Assembly: GCA_964019335.1 (NCBI GenBank)
Contig: OZ025717.1
Span: 62,001-126,000, forward strand
DNA length: 64,000 bases
Source: Diplonema japonicum
Taxonomy: Eukaryota > Protista > Euglenozoa: Diplonemea
Direction: 5' to 3'
Translations under genes and position numbers: made by a program
The notes under the pieces: generated by a model
What the model was told of the DNA's origin: nothing
What the model saw: only the letters and a program-made list of their open reading frames with translations
The model's database searches: none
Part shown: piece by piece, positions 1-11,796 of the stretch
How positions within the stretch are numbered: the stretch's first letter is position 1
Layout: each line of letters opens with the position of its first letter

Positions 1-407
1 TTTTAAACTTTTTTTTTTCCCTCCACGAAAAGAAAAAAAAAAAAAAAATCGTTAGCAAGGAACAAAAAAAAAAAAAAGATAAAGGTGTAAGTGTTCGAGG
101 AAATAAGGGCTGAGGAGAGTAGGAGGGGAAGAGAGGGGGGATAAATAAATAAATAAATAAAAGAGGGGAATTAGGGTAAAAGGGTAAGGGTATGTAGTGT
201 AAGGGGGAGGGGGGAGATACCCATTTCTAAATGGGAAATTTGTACAATATTTCTTCTTGTTATTCTTTTTTTAGAATTTGCAAGGGGAGTGAGGAGGGGG
301 AGGCGGGGGAGGAAACAAATAAAGAAGTGAGGAATAAAAAAAAAATAAAAAAAGAAAAGAGAGAGGTCTCAAATTCGTAAATTATGCCATTAGTGAGACT
401 TGAACCG

Positions 408-438
<31 letters not shown>

Positions 439-1396
439 ATTTTCTGCGATTTTTTTTTTTTTAGGCAACATGTGTATAGCACCATGTGTAAAAAATGAAA
501 AGAAAAAAATTTTTTGAAAAAAAAAATATTGGTAGGAGGCCTGTGGATCTTTAAGGAAAGGTTTTTTGTTGTTGTTGTTGTTTTTTTTTTTTTTTTTTTT
601 CTTTTTTTTTTTTAAATTCATCTCTTTTCCTGAGGCATTTCCCCCCCCTTTTTTTTTTAAATTTACAGCTTTCTTTTTTTTTTTTTTGCCAATTGTACAC
701 GAAGCGTGAGAAAAAAAAGGTACAAATACTACCCCCTCCCCCGCCCTATTATACCCGGGAATACAAAGGCGTAGAAGTACAAACAAAAGTTGCCCCCCCC
801 CCCCCCCCCCCTGCTCAAGGGGGCATAGTAAGGCGGGGAAAAAAAAATTCTACTTAACAACTGGGCTTTATCACCACATCTGAGATTGGCTTGTGTATCC
901 CAAGTGCTGGTGCATTCAGTTCCTGTCCTTTGGCGATGCTTAGGATAATAAGCTAAATGTGTCCGGTGTCCAGGGGGGGGGGGGGGGGTATAATAAGGCG
1001 GGGATTTATATATAAAAAAAAAAGAGAAAGAAAAAAAAACCGGGGAGGGAGGGAGGGTGGTATGACGCACACCACTACCATTTCTTTCGAAATAACATGG
1101 GGTAAAATAATTTACCCCTCCTCCTCCTCCCCCCCCCCCACCAAAAATGTGTACCCCTGCAATGAGGCACCGCCCTTTTTTCTTCTTATTTTGTTTTCTT
1201 CTTTTTTTTTCGGCAGGGAAAAAAAAGGGGTGGGGTGTGGTGTTGTTGGGGGGGGGGGGGGGGGGGGACACGGGTGACGGCTAGCTATCCACTAAAGTAA
1301 AAAAAAAAAAAAAAAAAAAAAAAGACCTTATTTCTAAAAATAACGTTTCCGCACCTCCCGCCCCCCCTTCTTTTCTTTTTTTACCCCCTACCCATG

Positions 1397-1501
1397 TCAC
1401 TCCTTGGGGTCTTTTTGGTGTATTTTGTAAGAATTGTACTTGCCAATCTCTTCCCACAACCCTTCCCGTAGTTCCTCAGATGTGAGGTCAGACGAGTCCT
1501 G

Positions 1502-1532
<31 letters not shown>

Positions 1533-2691
1533 CTCACCCACACCTTTTCCCAGTAAAATTTGTCCTCACACTCAGGTTCGTCATTTGGATCATGCAGCTG
1601 CCTAAAAAAGAGGTACTTTTCAATTAAGAATCCATACGCAAGGTAGGGGTGCTTCAGTGCCTCTGAAGCAGTGATACGCTTAGCAGGGTTGAATACCAGC
1701 ATGCTTTCAATAAAATCGATGGCTTGCTTGCTGTAAGGGGGATAGCTTTGAAGTGGGGGGGGGGGGGGGGGGGGCACACCTCGCACTCTGCACCAGTGTA
1801 GAGAGGGGGACGGGTGACTTCTTCTTCATGGACTTGAGGTACCTCACAGCCTCTTCGCTCTTGATGGCTGCCATGTCCTCTTCACTCGGGACTCCCAGCA
1901 CGTCCGTGATGATGTTGAGCTGGTTGATGTAGTCCCTCCCTGGGAAGAGCGGCTTCCTGTTGATGAGCTCCGCCAAGATGCAGCCGATGGACCACATGTC
2001 GACGGCGGGTGTGTAATGGTTGGAGAGGAGGAGGAGCTCAGGCGGCCTGTACCACCTTGTCACAACATAGTCGGTGAGCTCGGCCTTGTCGTAGCCCCTA
2101 GCGAGCCCAAAGTCGCAGACAAGGAGGTCACAATTCCCGTTCACAAGAAGGTTACCCGGCTTCAGGTCACGGTGCAGAATGTTCGCGCTGTGGATGTACT
2201 TCAGTGCCCGCAGTGCTTGGTAGATGAAGTACTGGTGGTGCTCGTCGGTAAGCTTCTGCTTCGACCTGATGATCTGGTGTAGGTCTGTGTCCTGTGAAGG
2301 GTGGTGGGGGAAAAGGGGAAAATAATTAAAAAAAAAATACCATGAGCTCCGACACAAAGTACACGTCTTCGAAGGTGTCCTTGTCCATGGGCCGCAGGAT
2401 GTCCTTGATGCTGATGATGTTCTCGTGGTTCAGAAACGACAGCAGCTTCACTTCCCTTAAGATCCTCTTTCCGTCCACAAGATCATCGAACACCTTTCCT
2501 ATCTTCTTGATCGCTACCTTCTCCCCGTTCTCAGTGTCCACAGCAGAGCACACTACACCATAAGCGCCTGTGCCCACTGCCTTGGAAATGTCATATTTAT
2601 TGTCGACCACGAACTTCCCACTGTGCACAATGTACTCCTTCCTTCCTGCCCCTATGGGCTTGGGGGGGGCTAAGGGCCGGCTTTTTGACAT
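1397..2691 (-). CDS. MAP kinase (TDY activation motif), paralog A; 5 exons
   Basis: [33 protein letters not shown] and C-terminal HDPNDEP motifs. Frame restored by GT-AG introns at 2292-2340, 1731-1779, 1602-1637 and 1499-1543. Confidence 0.95.
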
Positions 2692-4000
2692 TTTCTATCT
2701 AATCTACTTTTTTTTCTTTTTTTCTCCTGTGGATGATTTTGACTTTTTTTCCCCCCTTCAAAAAAACGCGGGTGTTGCAAAAAAAAAAAGAAAGGAATGA
2801 AGAGGGTAAATAGATTGTGTGTGGGGGGGGGGGGGGGGGGAGATAGTAAGTAACGCGACAAGGGAGGAAAAAAAAAAGAAAAAGAAAAAAAAAAGAAGAG
2901 AGGGAAGAAAGATAAAAAAAAAAGAAGAGAGAAAAATAATGAAAAGAGGAGAAGAGAGGAAAAAAAAAAAGACTTTGCCATTTTTTTTTCTCCTTCCCAT
3001 CCCTTCGTCTTTCTCGTTGTTTTTTTTCGCTCTCTTTTTTTTACCCCCTCTTTGCTTTTTTTTTTTCCCCTTGTTAAATTCGCAACGATGTCGTGGGAGG
3101 GGAAGAAATTTCGACCTATTCTTACGGCGCACAAGGTTGTGCCCACTGCTTAAGTAGTTTTAAAAAAAAAAAAGGTGGGAGAGGGGAAAGTTAATCAAAA
3201 TAGGAGTAAAAGGAAGTCACATTTTGGATTGTCCCACAAGTGGCTGCCAGAGAGAGTGAGAAGGAAAGAAGTTAAGGGAGAGGTGGGGGAAAGATAACAG
3301 ACATTTTATGACAAGCAATCCCTTTTTTTTTTTTTTTTTTTAAACAGCGATCCTTGCGTGATGACCTTATCACTAAGTGTGCCGCTGGATGCCCGCAAAG
3401 GCAGCAATAAGAAAGTGTAGATAAAGTGAGTTCGAAAAGCGACTTTTATTTGTTACAGTCGTCCCCCCATGGAAGCTGGAGCATGAAAGAAAGGGTGCTT
3501 ACTTCATTTTAAAAAAAAAAAAACTTTGCGTCTCAGACCATTTTCACCTCCTCTTTTGCGTTACACAAAAGTGGGTTCAGAGGAAAAACAGAGGGGGAAA
3601 AAAAAGGAGAAAAACTACGAGAATAGTTTTACGCAGGCTCGTTGGAAACTTCTTCGTTCTTCTTTTTTTTGTTTTTTCCCCGTTGTTTGTTTTATGACAG
3701 GGGGAGGAAAGTGTTTAGCTCACGGCCTACCAAAGAGAGGGGAGAAAAAAAAAAAAGAGAGCGGGGGAAGGGAATATTATGGTGATAAAAAAATAATAAT
3801 AATAATAATAATATATAAAAAAAAAAAAGAAGAGAAAACAAAGGGAGCTTGTGATACCCTTGCCTTGCGTCTGTCTGTTCCTCTCTGAAGGGGAGAAAAG
3901 CACCATCCACACCCCACAACTTCCCATCAACCGGAGAAACCCTAAATAGCAGAATTTTTGGCGCAGGACGTTTTCATTCACCGCAGTACTTTCGCAATAA

Positions 4001-4039
4001 AATTCACTATGATAGGAACGAAGTGGTTAGCAACGGCCC
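4001..4039. repeat. ~40-bp dispersed repeat, copy 1 (copy 2 at 4775-4815)
   Basis: aattcactatgataggaacgaagtggttagcaacggccc versus aattcactacgataggaacgaagtggttttagcaacggccc. Confidence 0.8.
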
Positions 4040-4774
4040 GCAATAAAAAAAAAAAACTGCTTTTTTGACTTGCTGGGCAGATGGGTTGGAAGTGTCTCGA
4101 GTCTCTAAAAGACAAACCGGGGTATACTCTTATTAAAAGCTATTGTGTATAATCTTTTGGGAAAGCGGGCCTCGGAAAAAGAAAGATGTAACAAGGGGGT
4201 TAAAAAAAGAATTGAGTTTTAATTATAATCAGCGTAAGGGGGAGATGGGGAACAAGGCAAGAGCAAGCAAATACAGGGGGGTGTGTGTGGAAAAAATAAA
4301 ATGAAAAAAATTATTTGTTCGCTGACAAAAGTGATATTATAAACGCAAAAAAAAAAAAAAAAGAGCTCCCTTGTCACCACTTTTGTCCTGCCCCCCCCCC
4401 CCCCCAAAAAAAAAAGAATACTGTAAATTATCTGTGGTTTTAATGTAGAAAAGGGGCAAAAAATGGCAATGTTTGACGGGGGGGGGGGGGGGGGGGGGAG
4501 AAGAAAACAGAGGCAAGGAGAGGAAGGAAATAATTTCCCATTCTTGCTTTTTTTTTTGAGCAAGGGGAAAAAAGAGTGGTGGTTGTCCCACCTGACACGT
4601 GAATAATCTTTTTTTTTTCCCCTCCTTTTTCTTCGTTCTTTCTTCTTCGTTTTTTTTTTTTTTCTGCGACGCAATATAGATTTACAGGTTTAAAAAAAAA
4701 TTACGAAAGTTTTTTTTTTTGTGGAAATAGATCTATATAATGCTATACTTATTTGGTTTGGCACAAAAAAAAAA

Positions 4775-4815
4775 AATTCACTACGATAGGAACGAAGTGG
4801 TTTTAGCAACGGCCC
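4775..4815. repeat. ~40-bp dispersed repeat, copy 2
   Basis: Differs from 4001-4039 by one substitution and a 2-nt indel. Confidence 0.8.
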
Positions 4816-6279
4816 ACCAAAAAAAAAATACCGTTGATGAAGCAAGGGCAGGAGTGTAAACCACAGTTGAGTAGAAGAACTGGCCGGAAAGCCAACAAGG
4901 ATACCCACACTCAACTTAAAGAGGAAGAAAAAAAAAGAATTTTTTATTTTCCAATTGATCGCCTTGTTTCGTTGATATGCTACGCAATGTGGTGGCAGGT
5001 GGCTTTTTTTTTTTTTTTTTTTTTTTTTTGTTGCCATGCACCATTGGAAAATAAAAAAGTGGGGGGAAACCCTCCAGAAGCAAGAGCAACGTCAAAAAAA
5101 AAAAAAAAAAAAAAAAAAGATTCAAAGAAAATATTTAAAAAAAAGAAAGAAACTTTAAAAAGAAAATTAAAAAGAAAGAAAAGACATAGTTAATTCACTC
5201 ACTCACGACGAATAGTGACTTTTGTTTTCCCCACTTTTTTTTTTTTTTTCCCCACTCGAGTGGCAGAATTAACTACGTCAAGAGTGTGGACAGACTCACA
5301 GTTCTGTTTTAAACACCCTCTTCCGCTCTTATGCTGGGGAGGGGGGGAGTTTTTTTTTTTTTCTTCTTTATATATTATTCATATATTTCAACAAAACCAC
5401 AGGGCCCCAAAAAAAAGATTTTTTTTTTACAGAAAATTAAAAAAAACAAAAAAAAGGGGCCCAAAGGTAAGCGAAAGGAAAGTAGTTTTTTTTTTTTTTA
5501 TTTTTTTTTTTCTTCTTCTTCTTTTTCTTTTCTCTCGTTCTAATCTTGGACAAAAACTGAATCCCGGTATATAACGAAGAGGTGCCGGATTCGGATTTTT
5601 TGGGCATATATCGTATTTCTGAAAAAAAAAAAAAAAAAAAAAAAAGTACTTTTCCCTTATTTCTCGGATCCTGTCGGATCATCCTTGGACATTCAAGGGG
5701 AAAGAGGGGAAAAAAAAAAAAAAAAAAAACCCAATAACTGCCCAGATCCGAACCTGGTCTCCATGCCTGCTAGGGGGGGTGCCACTTTGACCCCCCCCAA
5801 AGCAAAAAGTGAGTATGCAGTGGTGATTATAAGGAGGTGCTAGTGCTGAGGGGATGAGTGTGAATTTTCACCTACAAAAAAAAAAGGGGGGGGGGAAATG
5901 GGTAATAATAATGAGGCTCCCCCCCTCCCACTTTTTTTTCCCTCCAAAATTTTCCGGAAAAAGCAGTAAAAAAGATTACCGTGTGCCATCCACCCCGTGG
6001 ACTTAGGTGCTTCGGGTTTGCCTGAAGCAAAACACTTCCTGTCTTTGCCAGTCACTTTGAAAAAACCTGAAGAAAAAGTGACGAGAAAGGAGAAAATTGC
6101 CCGAACATCTTTTTTCGTTTTACAGTGGAGAAGAAAAATAAAGTGTGTGGAAAAAAAAAAGAAAAGAAAAGAAATCGTTATCAGTCATTGCCGTATATTT
6201 TTTATTTATTTATTTATTTTTTTTTTTTGAAAAATTATTACTTAGCAAAGGTTAACCACAACTGCAAAGTTGTCACCCC

Positions 6280-6317
<38 letters not shown>

Positions 6318-7133
6318 GCAAAGACTATAGATTGTTAGAGCGGGAAAAAAAATAATCATAGAACGCCTAAGTGTAGACGAAAGGAAAGGCGGCAGGCGAG
6401 CCCCCCCCCCAAAAAAAAAAGAAATGTCAAGAATGAAAACACTCCAAAGATTTTCCTTTTTCTGGGGACAGAGAGAAACCTTGGCGTGTGTGGCGGTCAC
6501 CTCTCAGAGGGGGATGCCTTTTTCTTTCACTGAGTAATTTTTTTGTGAAAGAAGAAAAGGGAGAGGAAAAAAAAAACACAAGGACACGTGGTACCACCTC
6601 CCCCCATCGCCTTTTCCCCCTCTCCCACTCATCTCTTAGATGACCCATTAGGGTTACCGTACTCCACCCGTATTCTTCATCTTTATTCCTTCCAAAGCTG
6701 CCTTTGGTAGGTTTGAAATATGTTCTTCCGAACATTAAGGTGTATTGATGAGTGGGTGGGTGGGTAGGGTTCGCGAAGGGGTAAAAACAAAAATAAAGCA
6801 TCGTGTGGACCCCCCCCCCCCCCCCCCCCCACATAAGGTGTACCGCATTTGGGAAGAAAGAGAAGAAAAAAAGAGACAATTTACTAAAAGCAACTCTTTT
6901 TTTTCTTTTCCTTTATTTCCTTCCCCCCCCCCGAAGAAAAAAATCAAAAAAAGATCTGTTGTTGTTGCAAGCAAAAAAAAGGGGGGGGTACCACGCCTAC
7001 AGACGGCCCAATTGTTGGGTAAGGCATGTGGTGGTATGAGAGGGATTAAAATAACCAGGGCAAGAACCGTTTTTTTTTTCTTTGCAAGACAAAGGATTTA
7101 CCTCTCTCTTTGGGGTGCGAGAAGTATCCTTCT

Positions 7134-7165
<32 letters not shown>

Positions 7166-7189
7166 ACTCCATCAAAATTTTCGTGGGTG

Positions 7190-8022
7190 GGAGTGAAAAT
7201 AAAAATTCACTTTATTTCACTCCTGACTTTTATTTTCACGCTCCGGCTTCTAAAAGAAATTAGGCCCAGGAGAGAAAAAATTCTGATAGCGTTAAAATAA
7301 GAAAATTATTTCACTCCTGGGCCTAGTTTAAGCAAAACCCTCCAAGAATTCCTACCAAGGTTCCTTTGGGATAGGCAAGAGCCCGACTGCACAAGAGGCG
7401 GACGCAGCAGGGTTCACCCCCTTCCAAGAGCCATACGAAAAGGAGTGGGCACGCTTTTGTGTGTTTTATAATTATAGGAAAGAAAAGAAGGGCCCGTCCG
7501 AAAGAAGAGGATTCTATTCTCTAGTTCAACGACATGAAGCAAGGCCTGCTGCCCGTTCAGTCCGGATGGCTTATTCAAGGCTAAACTCGGTTGTGAGGAG
7601 GAATTACAACAAGCAGTTGCAAGACCACCCCCGACTAAAGGTCCCCCTCAAGAGGACAACAACAAAAAGGCGAACATCTTTACCCAAGAGCAAATGACAG
7701 AATTCTTTAGCACCGAGGTATGGCATCGTCCGCCACGCTAAACATGTGCACTACCGAGGCACATATCTGACATCTGTTGTAATTGGTACCACCTGACCTC
7801 CCACCCACTCAAATTTTTGCTGTCGTTAAATAAAATATCGTATTTGTGAATATAAGATTGATGATTTCACTTGTGGTGACAGTTTTGACTCGTTAAACGT
7901 TATAACACTCGCTTCGCTCGTGATATAACCGTCATTACTTCACGAGCGAAGCGAGTGAAGTAATTACCTCACTCGTCAAAACCACTGCCACCACGCGTGA
8001 AATCATAGGATCTTATATTCAC
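7190..8022 (+). mobile_element. Putative degenerate tyrosine-recombinase (Crypton/TATE-like) element flanked by hairpins
   Basis: Inverted repeats at 7190-7223 and 7261-7325 on the left and 7846-8022 on the right share a GTGAAA(T)/ATTTCAC core. The interior has broken frames with weak YR-like words (TAQ..AD; PRLK..LKRT; SSATL). Confidence 0.4.
7846..8022. repeat. Nested palindromic element (MITE-like)
   Basis: Imperfect ~45-bp terminal inverted repeats at 7846-7889 and 7975-8022. Perfect 18-bp inner inverted repeat cactcgcttcgctcgtga (7906-7923) / tcacgagcgaagcgagtg (7940-7957). Confidence 0.85.
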
Positions 8023-8208
8023 TAAATAAATAGTTAATATTACACAGCGGTGACTTGTTTGGAATGTTTTTGGTTTGGAAAACAAGTTATGTTGATTCGA
8101 CTCCATCTCCCTTCCCTCCGTGGGCAAAAGGTCCACCTCGTGAAGGTATTAAACAAAACTGATCAAAAAAACAACAACAAACGAAGAACAAAAAAAAAAA
8201 ATGGTAAT

Positions 8209-9768
8209 TTAGTTCCCCGAGCCGGAATCCCTGTACGAGCTGTACTTGATCATCTCTTCCCACAACCCTTCCCGTAGTTCCTCAGCAGTGAGGTCAGACG
8301 AGTCCTGTTTTTTTTTTTTTTTTTTTTTCTTCCCCCCGATTTCACACCCTTCCCCAGTGGAACCTGTCTTCACACACTGGTTCATCATTCGGGTCATGCA
8401 GCTGCCTAAAAAAAGAAATGGTGAGAAAAAAAAAGAAAGAAGAATGTCTTTAGCTGCCTCTGAAAATCACTGATTTTTGAGCAACTTCTTTCCTACGGCT
8501 GCGGGTCTGGTGGACTTCGCTCTGGTAGGTTGTTGTGCTCCGTGTCGGGCATGTAAGGATCCGTCCACGCTTTTCTCTGCGCCGGCTGTCTCCCGCATTG
8601 TCTCCCGCGCAGTGCTTCTCGAGTATTTCACATGTCCTGATATGGGACGCGAATTTCCTCAGTATTTGTCCCTGGCATTATCGGGCCTTGGCCACGTCCA
8701 TAAACTTCTCGTTGTACCATCTCAAGAAGAAAAAAAAAAAAAAAAAAAAAAACATCACCCCCGTTTCGACATACGCAAGGTAAGGGTGCTTCAGAGCCTC
8801 CGCCGCAGTTATCCGCTCTTTGGGGTTGAACGCCAACATTTTGCTGATGAGGTCAATGGCCAGATCGCTGGTGCCACTTGCAAGAAGGCTCTTTATGTCC
8901 TTGGGATTCCTCTTTCGCAGGGAGCTGAGGTACGTCCTGGCGTCCTCGCTTGAGATGCCCTGAACAGCCTCACTGTCGGGCGTCCCCAGCACATCAACGA
9001 TGATGTTGAGCTGGTTGATGTAGTCCTTCCCTGGGAAGAGCGGCTCCCTGTTGATGAGCTCCGCCAAGATGCAGCCGATGGACCACATGTCGACGGCGGG
9101 TGTGTAATGGTTGGAGAGGAGGAGGAGCTCAGGCGGCCTGTACCACCTTGTCACAACATAGTCGGTGAGCTCCGTGTCGTCGTAGCCCCTAGCGAGCCCA
9201 AAGTCGCAGACAAGGAGGTCACAATTCCCGTTCACAAGAAGGTTACCCGGCTTCAGGTCACGGTGCAGAATGTTCGCGCTGTGGATGTACTTCAGTGCCC
9301 GCAGTGCTTGGTAGATGAAGTACTGGTGGTGCTCGTCGGTAAGCTTCTGCTTCGACCTGATGATCTGGTGTAGGTCTGTGTCCTGTGAAGTGGTGGTGGG
9401 GGAAAAGGGGAAAATAATTAAAAAAAAAATACCATGAGCTCCGACACAAAGTACACGTCTTCGAAGGTGTCCTTGTCCATGGGCCGCAGGATGTCCTTGA
9501 TGCTGATGATGTTCTCGTGGTTCAGAAACGACAGCAGCTTCACTTCCCTTAAGATCCTCTTTCCGTCCACAAGATCGTTGAACACCTTCCCCATCTTCTT
9601 GATCGCTACCTTTTCTTCGCCATCCTCAGCAGAGCACACTACACCGTATGCCCCGTACCCCACAGGCTTCACCAGCTTGTACTTTTCATCGACTACGAAA
9701 GTGCTGCTGCCCACTTCGTACTGTCTCTTTCCCGGGCCTACCAATGGTCCTGGCTTGCAAACAGGCAT
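8209..9768 (-). CDS. MAP kinase (TDY activation motif), paralog B; 4 exons
   Basis: GYGAYG, HRDLKP, DFG, TDY and HDPNDEP motifs. Introns at 9383-9432, 8406-8774 and 8305-8347. Confidence 0.93.
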
Positions 9769-9905
9769 ATTATTTCTTTTTTTGTTTTCTCTTCAATGAT
9801 AATAGCAGAAGGAAATCAATGGGAGGGCTTTTATATCAATTTAGTGTTTGTTCCCTGGTCCTTTTTTTATATAAAACCAAAAAAAAAAAAAATTAAAGAG
9901 CTGTT

Positions 9906-9936
<31 letters not shown>

Positions 9937-10506
9937 GCGGTTTTGAAGTATTGCAAGAGTCGGGGTTTGTCCTGCGGTACAAAACCCGCCCCCCCCCCCC
10001 CCCCTTTTTTTTTTTTAGGGACAAAATATCAGTGTTTTTTTTCTTCTTTTTTCAAATTCATGCGTTTTTTGTTCGCACGAGTAAGAAAAAAAAAAGAAAA
10101 AAATAGAGATCCCTACCTGCTATTTTCTTTTTTCCTTTCCTCAGGCTGCTGCCGATGAGGGGGGGGGGAAAAAACCCTTTTTTTTTTGAAAAAGAACCAA
10201 GTTATCGCGTGGAAAGGAGAAACAAGAAAGAAAAAAAGAGAGAGAGAAAAAGACCATTTCGCCAAGGAGTTTCCGTCCTTCAACGGGACAGCAAACTGAG
10301 ATGTATACACGAAATAAATAAAGTGATTTTGGAACGAAAAGGCCACAAGGGAAACAAAAAGAAGACGAAATTCGATAATCTCAATTCCAGTGCGCAAGGG
10401 AGGTGCTCACTGTTTCATAGTAAACTAAAGCAAATAAATAAAGGAAGAAAGCATGCTTGACATCACCCAGAGACAGATTGCTGGTAAATACTTCATGACG
10501 CAGCTT

Positions 10507-11142
10507 TCAGACACCGGGGGCGGACCTCGCGTTAGCGAACGACTCCTTGTAGCCCTTTACATCTGAGGTGAGCCTCTCGAGGTACTTCAGGATGTTGGGG
10601 TAAGGGGCGAGGGTCTCGGGACCCACCCAAGCCAGCTGGTCCACCTCGGGGGCGAACAGGAAGTCGGCAAGGGTGAGCTTGTCACCAAGGAGGTACTTCT
10701 GCTTCCCGAGCGTCTCGTTGTAGGCCTCAAGATACGGCTTGACGAGGTCGAGGCCCGCCTGCGTCTTCTCAGCGTCCTTCTTGAAGAGGTGCGCGAAGAT
10801 CACCTCAGTGGTGATCTTCCTCACCTGCGTGTAGTGGCGTCCGAAGTACTCGTTCAGCTTCGCCTCCTCCTTCGGGTTTGCTGACGTCATCGACTCGTCC
10901 CCCTGCGCCACGTGCTTCAGAACCGCCAGCGACTCCGAAAAGCAGAACCCGTCTTCCATCTCGAACCCAGGCACCGTGTGCTGCGGGAACTTCGCGATGT
11001 ACTCCGCTTTCCTCGTCTCCCCGCCCAGCACATCCAATACCTTCCTCTCCACAGTAGTGTTGTTGCTGTAGTCCAGGTACCACTGCACAGAGCGGCAGGG
11101 CTGCGAAAAAGCGTGGCCGTACAGGATACCGGTGGCGGGCAT
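10507..11142 (-). CDS. Glutathione S-transferase, theta-like
   Basis: SQPCRSV N-terminal motif, TVP, FSESLA, and C-terminal LGDKLTLAD. Confidence 0.9.
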   Translation of the reverse strand: MPATGILYGHAFSQPCRSVQWYLDYSNNTTVERKVLDVLGGETRKAEYIAKFPQHTVPGFEMEDGFCFSESLAVLKHVAQGDESMTSANPKEEAKLNEYFGRHYTQVRKITTEVIFAHLFKKDAEKTQAGLDLVKPYLEAYNETLGKQKYLLGDKLTLADFLFAPEVDQLAWVGPETLAPYPNILKYLERLTSDVKGYKESFANARSAPGV

Positions 11143-11796
11143 TTTGTTTAGTTTTGAGGTGTGTATTATGTTTATCTATGAAATCATTGTTGTTGTTGTT
11201 GTTGTTGTTGTTGGTGGTGACTGGGGGGAGCAGAATACGCAAACAATGGGATGGGGTGGGGGGAGGACAAGCTACGTTTTTAATCATCACAGGGAAAAAG
11301 AAAAAAGAGAAGGAAGATAAAAGACAATCCTATAAAAAAAGGGGGGGGAGACAGCAACCGAAAGGAGAACAGACGAAGAGGCCAAGACGTGAGAGGTTGC
11401 TTCTCTTGTCTCGCTGTCGTCGAGGTCTCCACTGCTGGCAAAAGCAAAATACGAGTTTACACGTGACATTCTTACCGCATAAAAAGAGACAACAACAAAA
11501 GCACTCTGTTCCATCACGGGGAAAGGGGGGGGGGGGGGAGAAAGAGAAAGAAACAAAAATACAAAAAAAAAACCACAACAGACAGCAAAAGAGGAAGACG
11601 AAGCGGGCGAGACGTGAGGAGGCTTCTCTTGTCTTGCCACGTCTCTTCTGGCTGGCTGTTTGTTTTTTTTTTTTTTTTTTTTTTTTTTGAACAAATCAGG
11701 AAAATATGGAGACATGTCTACCGTTCTGAAATAAAGAAAAGACGTTGTTGGTTGTTCTTTTTTTAGTTATGTATTTGTTATTATTATTAGCTCCTT

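Noticed and set aside
4003-4018. Partial complementarity to a generic LSU rRNA segment (snoRNA guide idea)
   Set aside because: Short match from memory, no C/D boxes, and the organism's rRNA sequence is not available.
5735-5795. tRNA-like T-arm/B-box (GGAGACCAGGTTCGGATCTGG on the minus strand)
   Set aside because: No acceptor stem, D-arm or anticodon arm can be built; at most a SINE relic.
382-7300. Many ORFs rich in K/F/G/P outside the MAPK gene (also at 22.7-24.3, 27.9-30.3, 53-54.8 and 57.9-58.9 kb)
   Set aside because: They are translations of homopolymer runs, which lack stop codons; no domain motifs.
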